Source: Octopus vulgaris (Eukaryota). Taken from it: a stretch of DNA of 64,000 nt. A model generated the notes under the pieces. The model was given only the letters and a program-made list of their open reading frames with translations. It was not told where the DNA came from and made no database searches. Shown piece after piece: positions 49,210 through 61,989 of this stretch; position 1 is the first letter of the stretch; every line of letters starts with the position of its first letter. The translations under genes and the position numbers were made by a program. The stretch is taken from contig OX597843.1 of the NCBI GenBank assembly GCA_951406725.2, positions 17,174,001 through 17,238,000 on the forward strand, in the 5' to 3' direction.

Positions 49210-50049
49210 CTGAAAGAAGAGCCAAAACACAGGAAGTACTGTCAACAGGTGAGAAATTACATAAGAAATATGTAAATAAAATAAAATGACAAAAACAAGG
49301 AAAAAAATTTTAAAAAGACAAAAAAGAAAAATTGACCCCCAAATGAGAGAAATTCCTAAAGATTATTCATGGAAACCCTTAAAAACTATGGTCACCTTGA
49401 CCCTTAACCCTTTAGCATACAAATTACTTTGTGAAATGCAATGCTTATTTATTCAAATTATTTCAAATTCATCATACACACATATCTATACAACAGGCTT
49501 CCACACAGTTTCCATCTATCAAATTCACTCACAAAACATTGGTTGAGCCAGGGTTATAAAATAAAAACCCTTGCTCAAAGTACCTCCCTGCAGTGGGATT
49601 GAACCCGAGACGGCATTGTTGCAAAGTAAGCTTCTTAACCCCACTGCCATGCCAGCACCTATATTTACTTCCTATCATACATTATCTCGTAGCTTTGAGA
49701 TTTCAATGATGATGATAATCATCATCATCGTCGTTTAACATCCACTTTCCATGCTGGCATGGGTTGGATGATTTTGACTGAGGACTGGCAAACCAGATGG
49801 CTGCACCACGCTCCAGTCTGATCTGGCAGTATTTCTACAGCTGGATGCCCTTCCTAATGCCAACCACTCCGAGAGTGTAGTGGGTGCGTTTTACGTGCCA
49901 CCAGGCACGGGGGCCAGTCAGGCGGTACTGCCAAGGGCCATGCTCAAATGGTGTTTTTACATGCCACCTGCACAGGAGCCAGTCCAGCGGCACTGGCAAT
50001 GACCTTGCTCGAATGTTTTTTGAGGTGATTGTTTATTTTTAGAGTGACA

Positions 50050-50775
50050 TAGTTGGGTGGTTGTGGTGGTGTTTGTGGTGGCAATTGTGGTGGTGGTAGT
50101 GGTTGTGGTGGTGGTGGTGGTATTTGTGGTGGTGGTGGTTGTGGTGGTGGTGGTTGTGGTGGTGGTTTTGTGGTGGTGGTGTGGTTGTGGTGGTGGTGGT
50201 TGTGGTGGTGGTTGTGGTGGTGGTGTTTGTTGTGGTGTTTTTGGTGGTGGTAGTGGTTGTGGTGGTGGTGGTGGTATTTGTGGTGGTGGTGGTTGTGGTG
50301 GTAGTGGTGGTGGTGGTTGTGGTGGTGGTGTGTGGTTGTGGTGGTGTTTGTGGTGGTGGTGGTTGTGGTGGTGGTTGTGGTGGTGGTGTTTGTGGTGGTG
50401 GTTGTGGTGGTGTTTTTGGTGGTGGTAGTGCTTGTGGTGGTGGTGGTGGTATTTGTGGTGGTGGTGGTGGTTGTGGTGACGGTTGTGGTGGTAGTGGTTG
50501 TGGTGGTGGTTGTGTGGTGGTGGTGGTGGTTGTGGTGGTGTTTGTGGTGGCAATTGTGGTGGTGGTAGTGGTTGTGGTGGTGGTGGTTGTGGTGACAGTT
50601 GTGGTGGTGGTTGTGGTGACAGCTGTGGTGGTGGTGGTTGTGGTGGTGGTTGTGGAGGTGGTGGTTGTGGTGGTGGTGGTTGTGGTGGTCGTGGTGGTCG
50701 TGGTGGTGGTGACGGTTGTGGTGGTGGTAGTGGTTGTGGTGGTGGTGGTTGTGGTGGTGGTGATGATGATGATGA
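50050..50775. repeat. (GGT/TGT)n trinucleotide tract in a C2CD3 intron
   Basis: Direct inspection. Confidence 0.95.
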
Positions 50776-50796
50776 CGGAGAAGAATTCTTTCTTAC

Positions 50797-50848
50797 TGAT
50801 ATCTTTGGAAGAGTTCTCTGGTTTATGCCAAACTTTGAAGACCAAGTT
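50797..50848 (-). CDS. C2CD3: C2CD3 exon (52 nt)
   Basis: NLVFKVWHKPENSSKDI; ATTTCAG| acceptor and A|GTAAGA donor; phase 0 to 1. Confidence 0.88.
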
Positions 50849-51807
50849 CTGAAATCATAAGAAAAAAAAAAAGAAGAGAAATAAGAAACAATCTGTAATA
50901 TTGTCTGGTTCTGATATTAGGACCCTGTAACCCCAGGACCACAGACTTGTGGTCAAATTGTTGCCAACTCAACAGGTCCATTCCCTTCAACTCAATTTCC
51001 TGAGTGAGGCAAGGGAGTGGGGACAGCCAACAGGATCTGTTTCTCCTTTATCTGCTTCAATCATTGGACTGTGGCCAAGCTGGAGCACCACCTTTAGTCG
51101 AGCACATCGACCCCTGGACTTTGTAAGCCTAGTACTTATTCTATTGGCTCTTTTGCCAAACCGCTAAGGTACAAGGACGTAAACACACCAGCATCGGTTG
51201 TTAAGCGATGTTGGGGGGGACAAACACAGACACGCAAACAGACACGCACGCATACATACATTTATATATATATACATATATACGACGGGCTTCTTTCAGT
51301 TTCCGTCTACCAAATCTACTCACAAGGCTTTGATCGGCCAGAGGCTATAGTAGAAGACACTTGCCCAAGGTGCCATGCAGTGGGACTGAACCCAGAACCA
51401 TGTGGTTCATAAGCAAGCTACTTACCACACAGCCACTCCTGCACCTATTGAAAAGTTTCAGCCTAACAAATTGACCCCAGTGCAAAATGAGCCTCTTACC
51501 CACAGGACCAAGCCAACTTCTATGATTTTCTTTATTTTTTTTCTACATTTTTACTTTGTTTTTTCATTAATCTTCCTGGTGAAGTGTGCCACTATCTGTC
51601 TGATCCCCAGTGCGCCACAAAGAGAAAATGATAGAACCACAGATCTAGGCCACCAGTGCCACCTACATATCAGTGAAGTGGTCACACTGGGTGTTGGGCA
51701 GTGGTTGTTGTTGATGTTTGTCAGGAGGGCCACAGTCCTATGTCTAACAAAAAGAAAAAAAATGTATGTCACTAAAACTTCTGGTTTTTGAATGAAAATA
51801 GTTTACT

Positions 51808-52712
51808 GGGAAGCCAGGAGGCTGCACCAGGCTCCAGTCTGATCTGGCAGTGTTTCTACAGCTGGATGCCCTTCCTAATGCCAACCACTCCGAGAGTGTA
51901 ATGGATGCTTTTTACATGCCACCGGCACAGGTGCCAGACAAGTGTGGCAAACAGCCACGATTGGATGGTGCTTTTTTCGTGCTACCGGCACGGAGGCCAG
52001 CCAAGGCTGGCAAACGGCAACGATCGGATGGTGCTTTTTGCACACCACCGGCACGGAAGCCAGTCGGGGCGTCGCTGGCACGGCCACGTTCGGATGGTTC
52101 CCTTATGTGCCACAGCTACAATTTCCATTGATGTTGATCGATTCAAAAAGAAAAAAAAATGTATGTCACGAAAACTCCTTGTTTTTGAATGAAAATAGTT
52201 TACTAATAATGGTCTTGTTGCATGAATTTGAATCATCATATGAATCATCATCATCATCATTTAACGTTCGTTTTCCATGCTAGCATGGGTTGGACGGTTC
52301 AACTAGGGTCTGGGAAGCCAGAAGGCTGCACCAGGCTCCAATCTGATCTGGCAGAGTTTCTACAGCTGGACGCCCTTCCTAACGCCAACCACTCCGTGAG
52401 TGTAGTGGGTGCTTTTACGTGCCACCAGCACAGGTGCCAGACGAGGCTGGCAAATGGCTACGATTGGATGGTGCTTTTTACATGCCAGACGAGGCTGGCA
52501 AACGGCCACGATCGGATGGTGCTTTTTACGTGCCACCGGCACGGAGGCCAGACAAGGCTGGCAATGGCCACGATCGGATGGTGCTTTTTACATACCACCA
52601 GCACGGAGGCCAGTCGGGGCGGCGCTGGCAACGGCCACGTTCAGATGGTTCTCTTACGTGCCACCAGCACTGGTATCACAGCTACAAATTCCATTGATGT
52701 TGATCGATTTCA
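51808..52712 (-). mobile_element. Two RTE 3'-UTR copies in a local tandem duplication
   Basis: A 60-bp unique segment is repeated at 51748-51808 and 52144-52204, and both copies end at the same point. Confidence 0.8.
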
Positions 52713-52852
52713 ACTTAGGGTTAAACATCTAGGACTACACCCTTAACTGTGCCCTTCCTTCAGTAAGATCATAGACTGGTGCAAGTTGAACGAATCTGAA
52801 AGTCAGGCAATAATATAAAAGACAGGGGCTGTGAACCGATCAGACATCTTAC

Positions 52853-53009
52853 CTTGTTTTCTTCATAGAGCAGGCGAGAGGTGAGCAGGGTGTCGACATC
52901 AAAGTCCCACACTGGACAGTCAGTATTGTGGACAACAGAGGTGGACACTGTCCGATTTTTGTAGCCACTTTGAAAGGAGACGTATGTGTTGGGCTTACAG
53001 ATCTTGCCA
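52853..53009 (-). CDS. C2CD3: C2CD3 exon
   Basis: (S)GKICKPNTYVSFQSGYKNRTVSTSVVHNTDCPVWDFDVDTLLTSRLLYEENK; TTTTCAG| acceptor and AAG|GTAAGA donor; phase 2 to 0. Confidence 0.9.
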
Positions 53010-53439
53010 CTGAAAACACATTCATTTAGAGATAGAGAAAGATATTATGATAGGGTTAACATAGTAATCATCATCATCATCATCATCACCATGACCATCA
53101 TCATCATCATACCATCATCATCATCATACCTATTTCTTTTTTACCCACAAGGGGCTAAACACAGAGGGGACAAACAAGGACAGACACAGGTATTAAGTCG
53201 ATTACATCGACCCCAGTGCGTAACTGGTACTTAATTTATCGACCCCGAAAGGATGAAAGGCAAAGTCGACCTCGGCGGAATTTGAACTCACAATCTAACT
53301 TAGACGATATACCGCTAAGCATTTCGCCCGGCGTGCTAACGTTTCTGCCAACTCGCCACCTCTCTCAAGAAGGACTTCAGTTTGAACATCATCATCATCA
53401 GTATCATCAACATTGTCATCATTATCACCATCATTATAA

Positions 53440-54194
53440 TCATCATTGTTTAATGTCCGCTTTCCATGCTAGCATGGGTTGGACGGTTTTGACTGAGGAA
53501 TGGCGAACCAGATGGCTGCACCAGGCTCCAATCTGATCTGACAGAGTTTCTACAGCTGGATGCCCTTCCTAACACCAACCACTCCGAGAGTGTAGTGGGT
53601 GCTTTTACATGCCACCGGCACGAGGGCCAGTCTGGCAGTACTGGCAATGGCCATGCTCAAAATGGTGTTTTTTATGTGCCACTTGCACAGGAGTCAGTCC
53701 AGCGACACTGGCAACGACCTTGCTCAAATGTTTTGTTCGCATGCCACCGGCACACATGCCAGTAAGGTGACGCTGGTAACGATGACGCTCAAATGGTGCT
53801 TTTTTACTTGCCCACTGGCACGGAAGCTAGACAGCAACTCTGGCAGTGATCCCACTCGGATGGATCTGTTAGTGCTCCACTGGCACAGGTGCCAGTCATT
53901 GAATTTGGTTCAATTTCGATTTCATAATTAATAATAATCAACATCGGTGGCACGTAAAAAGCACCATCCGATCGTGGCCGTTTGCCAGCCTCGTCTGGCA
54001 CCTGTGCAGGTGGCATGTACAAAGCACCCACTACACTCATGGAGTGGTTGGCGTTAGGAAGGGCATCCAGCTGTAGAAACACTGCCAGATCTGACTGGCC
54101 TGGTGCAGCCTCCTGGCTTCCCAGACCCCAGTTGAACCGTCCAACCCATGCTAACATGGAAAACGGACGTTAAACGATGATGATGATGATGATG
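53440..54194. mobile_element. Inverted pair of RTE 3'-UTR copies (- then +)
   Basis: About 53440-53925 (-) and 53945-54194 (+). Confidence 0.85.
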
Positions 54195-54547
54195 AGCTTC
54201 ATCACACTACCACCATCATCATCACCATCATCATCATCATTTAATGTCTACTTTCCCATGCCTGCAGGAGTTGAACAGAAATCAATGAAGCAGATTTTCC
54301 GCAGTTGGATACCTTTCCTGTCCCCAACCCTCACCTGTTTCCAAGCAGGGTAACATTTCCCCAGGTGCCAGACAAGTTCTGCAGCGGATACCGGAAACAA
54401 ACAACATATCTCATATGTTGTATTACAACTATCATGCGATGTCAAGTCGAAGAGATTCCAAAACATACGCAGGCAGTGCCCCAGCATGGCCACAGCCTTA
54501 GGGCTGAAAAATGTAAAAGAATACACACACACAAACATATACACACA

Positions 54548-55497
54548 TAGGGTGGCCAGAAGTCACCCAACAGTAAATCAAAGTTCCATAAACTGTATCT
54601 GTAATTCTGTATTCACTCGAATAGAAAAATGTGTCCCTCAAGAAGGACTTCAGTTTGAAGAATGTCCATGATGTTTCAGAATTAGATGCTTTTATTAAAT
54701 TTATTGCTTGCGAAGACCTGTTGAGGCAAGTGAAATCAATCAAAATCAAAATCGATGACTGGCATCCGTGATAGCAGGGTGCAAAGAGCACCATACGAGT
54801 GTGGTCGTTGACAGAGCGGCTAACTGGCTTCTGTGCCAGTGGCACTTAAAGGGAACCATTCGAGTATGATCGATACCAGTGTCGCCTTACTGGCACTTGT
54901 GCCCGTGCTAGTAGGGTGCCAAGGGCTCCATCCGAGCGTGATCATTGCCAGAACAGCCAACTGGCTTCTGTGCCGGTGGCACTTAAAAAGGCACCATTCG
55001 AGCATGATCGTTACCAGAGTTGCCTTACTGGCACTTGTGCCCCGTGCTAGTAGGGTGCCAAGAGCACCGTCTGAGCATGATCACTACCAGAGCAGCCAAC
55101 TGGCTTCCGTGCCAGTGGCATGTAAAAGGGCACCATTCAAGCATGATCGTTACCAAAGTTGCCTTACTGGCACCTGTGCTGGTGACATGTGTAAAAAGAT
55201 TCGAGCGAGGTCGTTGCCAGTACCGCCTGATTGGCCCCCGTGCCGGTGGCATGTAAAAAGCACCCACTACGTTCACGGAGTGGTTGGCGCTAGGAAGGGC
55301 ATCCAGCTGTAGAAACTCTGCCAAATCAAGGTTGGAGCCTGGTGCAGCCATCTGGTCCGCCAGCCCTCAGTCAAAATCGTCCAACCCATGCTAGCATGGA
55401 AAGCAGACGTTAAACGATGATGATGATGATTAAACATAAATAAATCTTGGAATTAAATGGTTTTGAGTCACTGTCAGGTGACTTTCGGCCAACCCTA
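54548..55497. mobile_element. Tc1/mariner-type MITE interrupted by an RTE 3'-UTR copy (about 54705-55430)
   Basis: Imperfect TIRs TAGGGTGGCCAGAAGTCACC / GGTGACTTTCGGCCAACCCTA. Confidence 0.6.
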
Positions 55498-55724
55498 TAT
55501 GTATACAAAATAGCTTCTTTCAGCTTCTGTCCACAAGGCATAAATGGAAAAAAATATTTGTTGTTTTCTTTATTAAAAGCATTGAGATGTGTATTGTACA
55601 ATATAAATAAGATGATATTTTTTTCTATACACACACGGTTAATGCAGTTCTATATTTAAGAGATGAGGAATTATGTACATTATTTACATTTGACGGATAT
55701 TTGTCCTCATCCTGTTTGTTGTTA

Positions 55725-55768
55725 ACACAATGTTTCGGCTGATATACCCTCCAGACTTCATCAGGTGT
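55725..55768 (-). ncRNA. Degenerate minimal type I hammerhead motif
   Basis: ACAC-CTGATGA-AGTCTGGAGGGTATATCAGCC-GAAAC-ATT-GTGT; stem I ACAC/GTGT; ATT in place of the expected GTT. Confidence 0.55.
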
Positions 55769-56101
55769 CCTGGGGAAATTTCGAACCTGGGTTCTCATTT
55801 CTATGGTATTTTTTAAATTTTAATAATAACGATGATGATGATGATGATGGTGGTGGTGACGGTGATGATGATTATTATTTTTATTATTATTCAGGTCATT
55901 GCCTGGAATCGATCTCAGAATCTTGGGGTTAGTAGCCCACACTCTTAACCACTTGTCAAACCATCCCACCCATGCCAGCATGGAAGGTGAACATTAAACG
56001 ATGATGATGATGATGAATACATATTTCAATGCTTCCAATAAAAACCCAAATATTTGTTTATATTTATGCATACATGCTTGATATATATATATATATATAC
56101 A

Positions 56102-56479
56102 CTTTTACTCTTTTACTTGTTTCAGTCATTTGACTGCGGCCATGCTGGAGCACCGCCTTTAGTCGAGCAAATCGACCCCGGGACTTATTCTTTGTAAGCC
56201 CAGTACTTATTCTATCGGTCTCTTTTTTGCTGAACCGCTAAGTAACGGCGACATAAACACACCAGCATCGGTTGTCAAGCAATGCTGGGGGACAAACACA
56301 GACACACAAACACACATACATATATATACATATATACGACAGGCTTCTTTCAGTTTCCGTCTACCAAATCCACTCACAAGGCATTGGTCGGCCCGGGGCT
56401 ATAGCAGAAGACACTCGCCCAAGATGCCACGCAGTGGGACTGAACCCGGAACCATGTGGTTGGTTAGCAAGCTACTTAC

Positions 56480-56548
<69 letters not shown>

Positions 56549-57110
56549 TATATACTTCGATTTTGGATTTGTTTTGCAAGATTCTTTATGTGAGTTCGTG
56601 TGTTGAAGCATATTTTGTTGTGTCTGAGGAGAGTCATTTTCTTTCACTGCCTTATTATTTCACACACTCACCAGTAAAGTTTCCACTCATTTACTTCTTT
56701 ATTTTCCTTTAGGAAAAATATATTATATATTATATATATATATATACACACACACTCTCACACACATGCACACAAACAGGATGGGATTCTTGCAGTTTCC
56801 ATCTACCAAATCCATTCACAAGACTTTGGTCAGCCTGGGGTTATAGTAGGGGACACTTGCCCAAGGTACCATGCAGTGAGACTGAACCCAGGACCATGTG
56901 GTAGTTGGAAAGCAAACTTCTTACCATGCCTGTGCCCAAACACACACACATACGCAACAGGCTTCTTTCAGTTTCCTTCTACGAAATCCATTCACAAGGT
57001 TTTGGTCAGCTTGATGCTATAGTAGAAGATATATGGCCAAGGTGCCATGCAGTGGGACTGAACCCAAAAACCATATTATCGGGAAGCAAATGTCTTAACC
57101 ACACAGCCAC
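56102..57110 (-). mobile_element. SINE A and two diverged SINE A heads
   Basis: Identity to family A. Confidence 0.8.
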
Positions 57111-57167
57111 ACTTGCAAAAAAACAAATTATGAAAATTGATGTCTAATGGTGGTCTTCATGCCTTAC

Positions 57168-57403
57168 CTGCTTTTGTTGGTTACATGTTTCAAATGCATG
57201 GCCTTCTCAACTGATATGTGGACCTCAAAGACTTCTAGGAAATTCTGGTGGTTTTTGCGGGGGTGGCCACAATGGTGGTCAGTGCTGGTTTTCTCTGTAG
57301 GAATGTCATTCCAATCTGAATCCTCAGAGTCACTCTTGGAGTCAACAGCCATGGTGGTAGATGCCTTTTTCGCTAAGTGGCGTTTTGTGCCGGGCAGCAA
57401 GTC
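57168..57403 (-). CDS. C2CD3: C2CD3 exon
   Basis: DLLPGTK...FEVHISVEKAMHLKHVTNKS (start of the last C2 domain, cf. VERAMHL); phase 0 to 2; AG|GTAAGG donor. Confidence 0.87.
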
Positions 57404-58684
57404 CTTCAGAAGAGGCCAAAATTTGGAGGGAAGACAAGAAGAAAAAAAAGGAAGTAGATTAACTTTTTAGCATTCAGATTATTCTGTCAAAGGTAATCCT
57501 TATTCATTCACATTGTTTTGAATTAATCCTGGATTATCTCAAAGCTCTGAGATTTTGATGAAATAATTGGTTTGTTTTCAGAATGACATTGCAGGACAAA
57601 TCTGGTCAGTTGGAATACAAAACAGGTAGAATATTTAGACCAGATACAGATGGTTTAAATACTAAAGGTTAATTCAGATTCCTCTGTCAAGTGTAATAAT
57701 GATTTATCCATTTTGTTTCAAATTAATCATCATATATTATTTCCAAGCTTCAAGATTCCATCCTGAGAGTTTATCCTCTTATGCGAGTTTGTTTTTATAA
57801 AGCTATCCTATTTTAAAAATAGGGTAGGTGTGAGAATCTTGATCTGGTCAGTTTGAACATAAAACAAGTAGAATATTTTGGACAGATAGGCATAGGAGTG
57901 GCTGTTTGGTAAGTAGCTTGCTTACGAACCACATGGTTCCAGGTTCAGTCCCACTGCATAGCACCTTGCGCAAGTGTCTTGTACTATAACCTCGGGCCGA
58001 CCAAAGTCTTGTGAGTGGATTTGGTAGACGGAAACTGAAAGAAGCCCGTCGTATATATGTATATATCACGTGATCAGGTGACCGACCAGACCTTCAGATG
58101 TTGTTACACATCGCTAGTCACAATGCACTTCGCATTGTTTTAGCCTTCGAATGACGCCACCCCGCTGGTTAGGCGAGCAGGCCAACAGAAGAAAGAGTGA
58201 GAGAAAGAGTACAGCAGGGATCACCACCCCCTGCCAGAGCCTCGTGGTGCTTTAGGTGTTTTCGCTCAATAAACACTCACAACGCCCGGTCTGGGAATCG
58301 AAACCGCGATCCTACGACCGCAAGTCCACTGCCCTAACCACTGGGCCATTGCGCCTCCATATGTATATATATTACATCAATATATCAATTTTGAAAATTT
58401 TCACCTAATTTTAAAATTTCAAAAAATGAAGCTAAACAGAAACAACATCCCATCCTCTGATTTCAATATAATCTGGCTGAGATGGTTACAAGCTATGTAA
58501 CCCATCTGTTATGGAAAATTGGGACATCCGACATGGAAGAGCTATAATGGACTGAGCAAGCCGCCCGACCAGATAGGACAGATACAATATGGAAAATGAA
58601 ATAATAAAAAATACATGGCAGCTGTGCTCCAGCATGGCCACTGCAAAACATATTGAAAACAATGAAAGAGTGTATTTGAATTAC

Positions 58685-58766
58685 CTGTAATTGGAGTGTG
58701 ATGTGACATCGGAGAAACATACCATGTAAATTGGCAGCTCGAGCATTGAAGATGGGATAAAGACCA
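58685..58766 (-). CDS. C2CD3: C2CD3 exon (82 nt)
   Basis: (S)GLYPIFNARAANLHGMFLRCHITLQLQ (cf. SGVYPLF...LRVHV); TTCCAG| acceptor and CAG|GTAATT donor; phase 2 to 0. Confidence 0.87.
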
Positions 58767-58929
58767 CTGGAATTTAACCGGAAACAGAAGAAAAATGAAC
58801 AACAAAATTTATATATTTACTTGTAGGACCCATGTAAATTCCACAGAACGGAAAAAATTAAGAGAACCCATTTAAGAAAGAAAGGATGATTTGCATAGTA
58901 TATATTCACCTTGTGAGAATATATACTAA

Positions 58930-59621
58930 CTAGCAGTATCGCCCGGCTCGGGTTTGTAAGGGAAATAACTATATAAGCATTTTTAGAGAGTTATAACCAA
59001 AAATAGCAAAAAAATACATTAAAAATGGAAAAAAAATGATGGTAAATTTTTTTTAAATCGTTGACTCATCGTAGACATTTTTAGAGAGTTACTTCCCTTA
59101 TATAATAGCGAAAAATGCATTAAAATGGAAAAAAATGATGGTAATTTTTTTTAAATCGTAGACTCATCGTAGACATTTTAGAGAGTTACTTCCCTTATAT
59201 AATAGCGAAAAAAATGCATTAAAATGGAAAAAAATGATGGTAAATTTTTTTAAATCGTAGACTCATCGTAGACATTTTTAGAGAGTTACTTCCCTTATAT
59301 AATAGCGAAAAAAATGCATTAAAATGGAAAAAAAATGATGGTAATTTTTTTTTTTAATAGTAGACTCATCGTAGACATTTTTAGAGAGTTACTTCCCTTA
59401 TATAATAGCGAAAAAATGCATTAAAATGGATAAGATGATGGTAAATTTTTTTTAAATCGTAGACTCATCGTAGACGCGCGCTAATACCCAGAAGGGCTCG
59501 ATATGAATCACGGCTATAGGATACCCGGTTTTGGTTAAACTGCACCGCAAAATGTGGGAGTAGTTAGGAATCTAAATCATAGGAGACAGACATCACACAA
59601 CCTCACTTTTATATATAAAGA
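58930..59621 (-). mobile_element. Non-autonomous Helitron with internal ~100-bp tandem repeats (about 5 copies)
   Basis: Minus strand starts TCTTTATATATAAAAG and ends CCCGAGCCGGGCGATACTGCTAG (same 3' end as 6690-6717); flanked by A58929 and T59622. Confidence 0.85.
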
Positions 59622-59996
59622 TATATTTCCAGTAAAACTATTTTATGAAAAAAATTTGTTATGGCAAAACATATTTTTGCATTTCCACCTTCATATATTT
59701 AAATACATGAAGACACATGGCCATGTGGTTAGGCAGTTGCACTCCCATGGGTTCAATTCCCAGACCAAGTGGTGTGTTGTGTTCTTGAGCAAACCACTTC
59801 ATTTCACATGGCTCCAGTTCCCCTTTTAATCAATTGGGCATACTGGCCTGTTCACCTAGCCAGCAATGTGGCGTCATTCAAAAACTAAAATGATGCAAAG
59901 TGCACTGTGACCAGCGATGTATAACAAGTTCTGATAGCACGGTCAGTCAGGTGATATCTAAAAACATAGAATAAAATAGATATATAGATATACACG

Positions 59997-60034
<38 letters not shown>

Positions 60035-60035
<1 letters not shown>

Positions 60036-60333
60036 GTAAAAAGCACCATCCAAACGTGGCTGATGCCAATGCCACCTGACTGGTGTCCGTGTTGGTGACA
60101 CATAAAAAGCACCAACTGATCGTGGCCATTTGCCAGTCTCCTCTGGTCTCTGTGCCGGTGGCATATAAAAAGCACCCACTACACTCATGGAGTGGTTGGC
60201 ATTAGGAAGGGCATCCAGCCGTAGAAACACTGCCAGATCAGACTGGAGCCTGGCGCAGCCTCATGGCTTCCCAGACCCTGGTCAAACCGTCCAACCCATG
60301 CTAGCATGGAAGACGGATGTTAAACGATGATGA

Positions 60334-60336
<3 letters not shown>
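60035..60336 (+). mobile_element. RTE 3'-UTR copy
   Basis: Family motif and (GAT)n tail. Confidence 0.85.
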
Positions 60337-60376
<40 letters not shown>

Positions 60377-60588
60377 TTATGAAATAATGGTGTCAAGAAG
60401 ACCCGAAGGTGTCAGGTAATGCTGAGTAAGTGCTATGGACAGACTATAGTTAAGCTCCAGGTTCGGTGATTATGCAAATGAGGAGTCCAACATAGGTCAT
60501 ATATTAACATGCATATGCATAAAAAATTAACAGTATGAGATAAAAAATCCAAGGCTGCAAAAGCTTTCAGAACATTTATAAAGAGAAG

Positions 60589-60636
60589 GTCTTACAGCTG
60601 TTTCCGGGATATTTTATATATTCCTTCATCAGAGAC
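60589..60636 (-). ncRNA. Type I hammerhead ribozyme motif within an inverted repeat (60551-60714)
   Basis: GTCT-CTGATGA-AGGAATATATAAAATATCCCG-GAAAC-AGCT-GTA-AGAC; stem I GTCT/AGAC, palindromic stem III ACAGCTGT, GUA cleavage triplet. Confidence 0.72.
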
Positions 60637-60752
60637 AGTAGGGATATATAAAATATCTAGGAAACACCTGTAAGACCTTCTCTTTATAAATATTCTGAAA
60701 TCTTTCACAGCCTTCTGTTAATTTTATACATATATATGTATGTATTTTTTAA

Positions 60753-60864
60753 AAATACAAATAAATGAAAGAATGGATTTGAATGACGAATTAACAAAAT
60801 TCCTTTATTTAAAGTAATTTTGTTAATTCGTCGTTCAACTCCATTCTTTCATTTATTTGTATTT
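60753..60864. repeat. Near-perfect hairpin (about 50-bp arms)
   Basis: AAATACAAATAAATGAAAGAATGGA... versus ...TCCATTCTTTCATTTATTTGTATTT. Confidence 0.9.
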
Positions 60865-61021
60865 AAAATAAACACACAAATTCCCACACGATAGCACGTG
60901 ATCTCTGCCCTAGGCATGTAGCTTCAACCGTGTTTTTCTGACGTGAATTTGCTACCCAGGGATCGGTTAACCGAATTATCCATAATAAGATAATTCATTC
61001 AACTACTCAATTATATATATG

Positions 61022-61064
<43 letters not shown>

Positions 61065-61309
61065 GCATGTATGTATCTACCGGTGTGTGTACATGTATGT
61101 AGGTATATACATAATAGCTCACCACTCGTGACCGAGGAAGACCATTGCCGACCTTCAGGAACATTGTGCGCTCTAGGACTAACTTATATTTTGCATTTGC
61201 GGCTCCGTTGGTGGCTAATGAGCCCTGCTCTTGACAAGCATACACAACTGCAAACATTGCAGACCAAGCTTTCCCCATTCACTATACGAGCCGTGCGCTT
61301 TCGCGCAGC

Positions 61310-61840
61310 TCGCTTAAATGAACGTATAATGACCCTACGGTTGCACTTGAAAGGTTAGTGGTTTGCTACTCTAATAAGTGCCTATGCACCTACTTTGACT
61401 AGCTGTGATGAAGATAAAACAATCTTTTATACCCAGCTGAGAGCCATACTTAGAAAAATCCCCAATTCTGATAAAGTCATTCTACTGGGGAATTTTAATG
61501 CCAGAGTTGGAACAGACTGGCAAACATGGAACTCTCTAGGACGTTTTGGCGTAGGGAAAATGAATAGCAATGGTCTCATGCTGTTGGAGCTTTGCGAAGA
61601 ACATGGACTTTACATTGCAAGCACTCATTTTCTGCACAAAGGTGATCACACAACAACATGGATGCATCCAAGGTCTAAAGTTTGGCACTTGCTGGATTAT
61701 GTCATCATCCGCAAGTGCGACATTTATGACATTTGTAATGTCAAGTCCTTGAATGGATCAGAATGCTGGACAGACCACAGTCTGGTGCGAGCAAAGTTCC
61801 GAATGGTGATTAGGGCGAAAGAGAGAAGAGGACCAGTCAG
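61310..61840 (+). pseudogene. RTE (BovB-like) LINE apurinic endonuclease domain fragment
   Basis: NERIMTLRL, ISAYAPT, LLGNFNARVG, NSNGLMLLELC, TWMHPRSKVWHLLDYVI, CWTDHSLV; in-frame stop at 61356-61358. Confidence 0.9.
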
Positions 61841-61954
61841 GTATCATTTTCCTCCTTTTTTACCACTTCCGTCTTTTTAGTATGTGACCTCGTGAATACT
61901 ACCTGCAATTTTTTTTCCTCTGTCCTCCCGTCTCGGGATCTTTCTTTCTCCTAT

Positions 61955-61989
61955 GTTTCTGACGAAGAGCTCCGCTCGAAACGTCAAAC
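61955..61989 (+). ncRNA. Minimal type I hammerhead ribozyme motif (Penelope type)
   Basis: GTTT-CTGACGA-A-GAGC-TCC-GCTC-GAAAC-GTC-AAAC; stems I and II are perfect, minimal palindromic stem III ACGT, GUC triplet. Confidence 0.78.

Noticed and set aside
49957-50860. Mucin-like poly-Thr extension after VFKVWHKP and Gly/Cys-rich ORFs
   Set aside because: A donor at 50796 keeps phase with the next C2CD3 exon; the remainder is intronic trinucleotide repeat.
58285-58358. tRNA-like sequence (also about 36205-36275)
   Set aside because: A and B boxes are present, but it runs into a SINE body and lacks a proper acceptor stem; it is a SINE head, not a tRNA gene.
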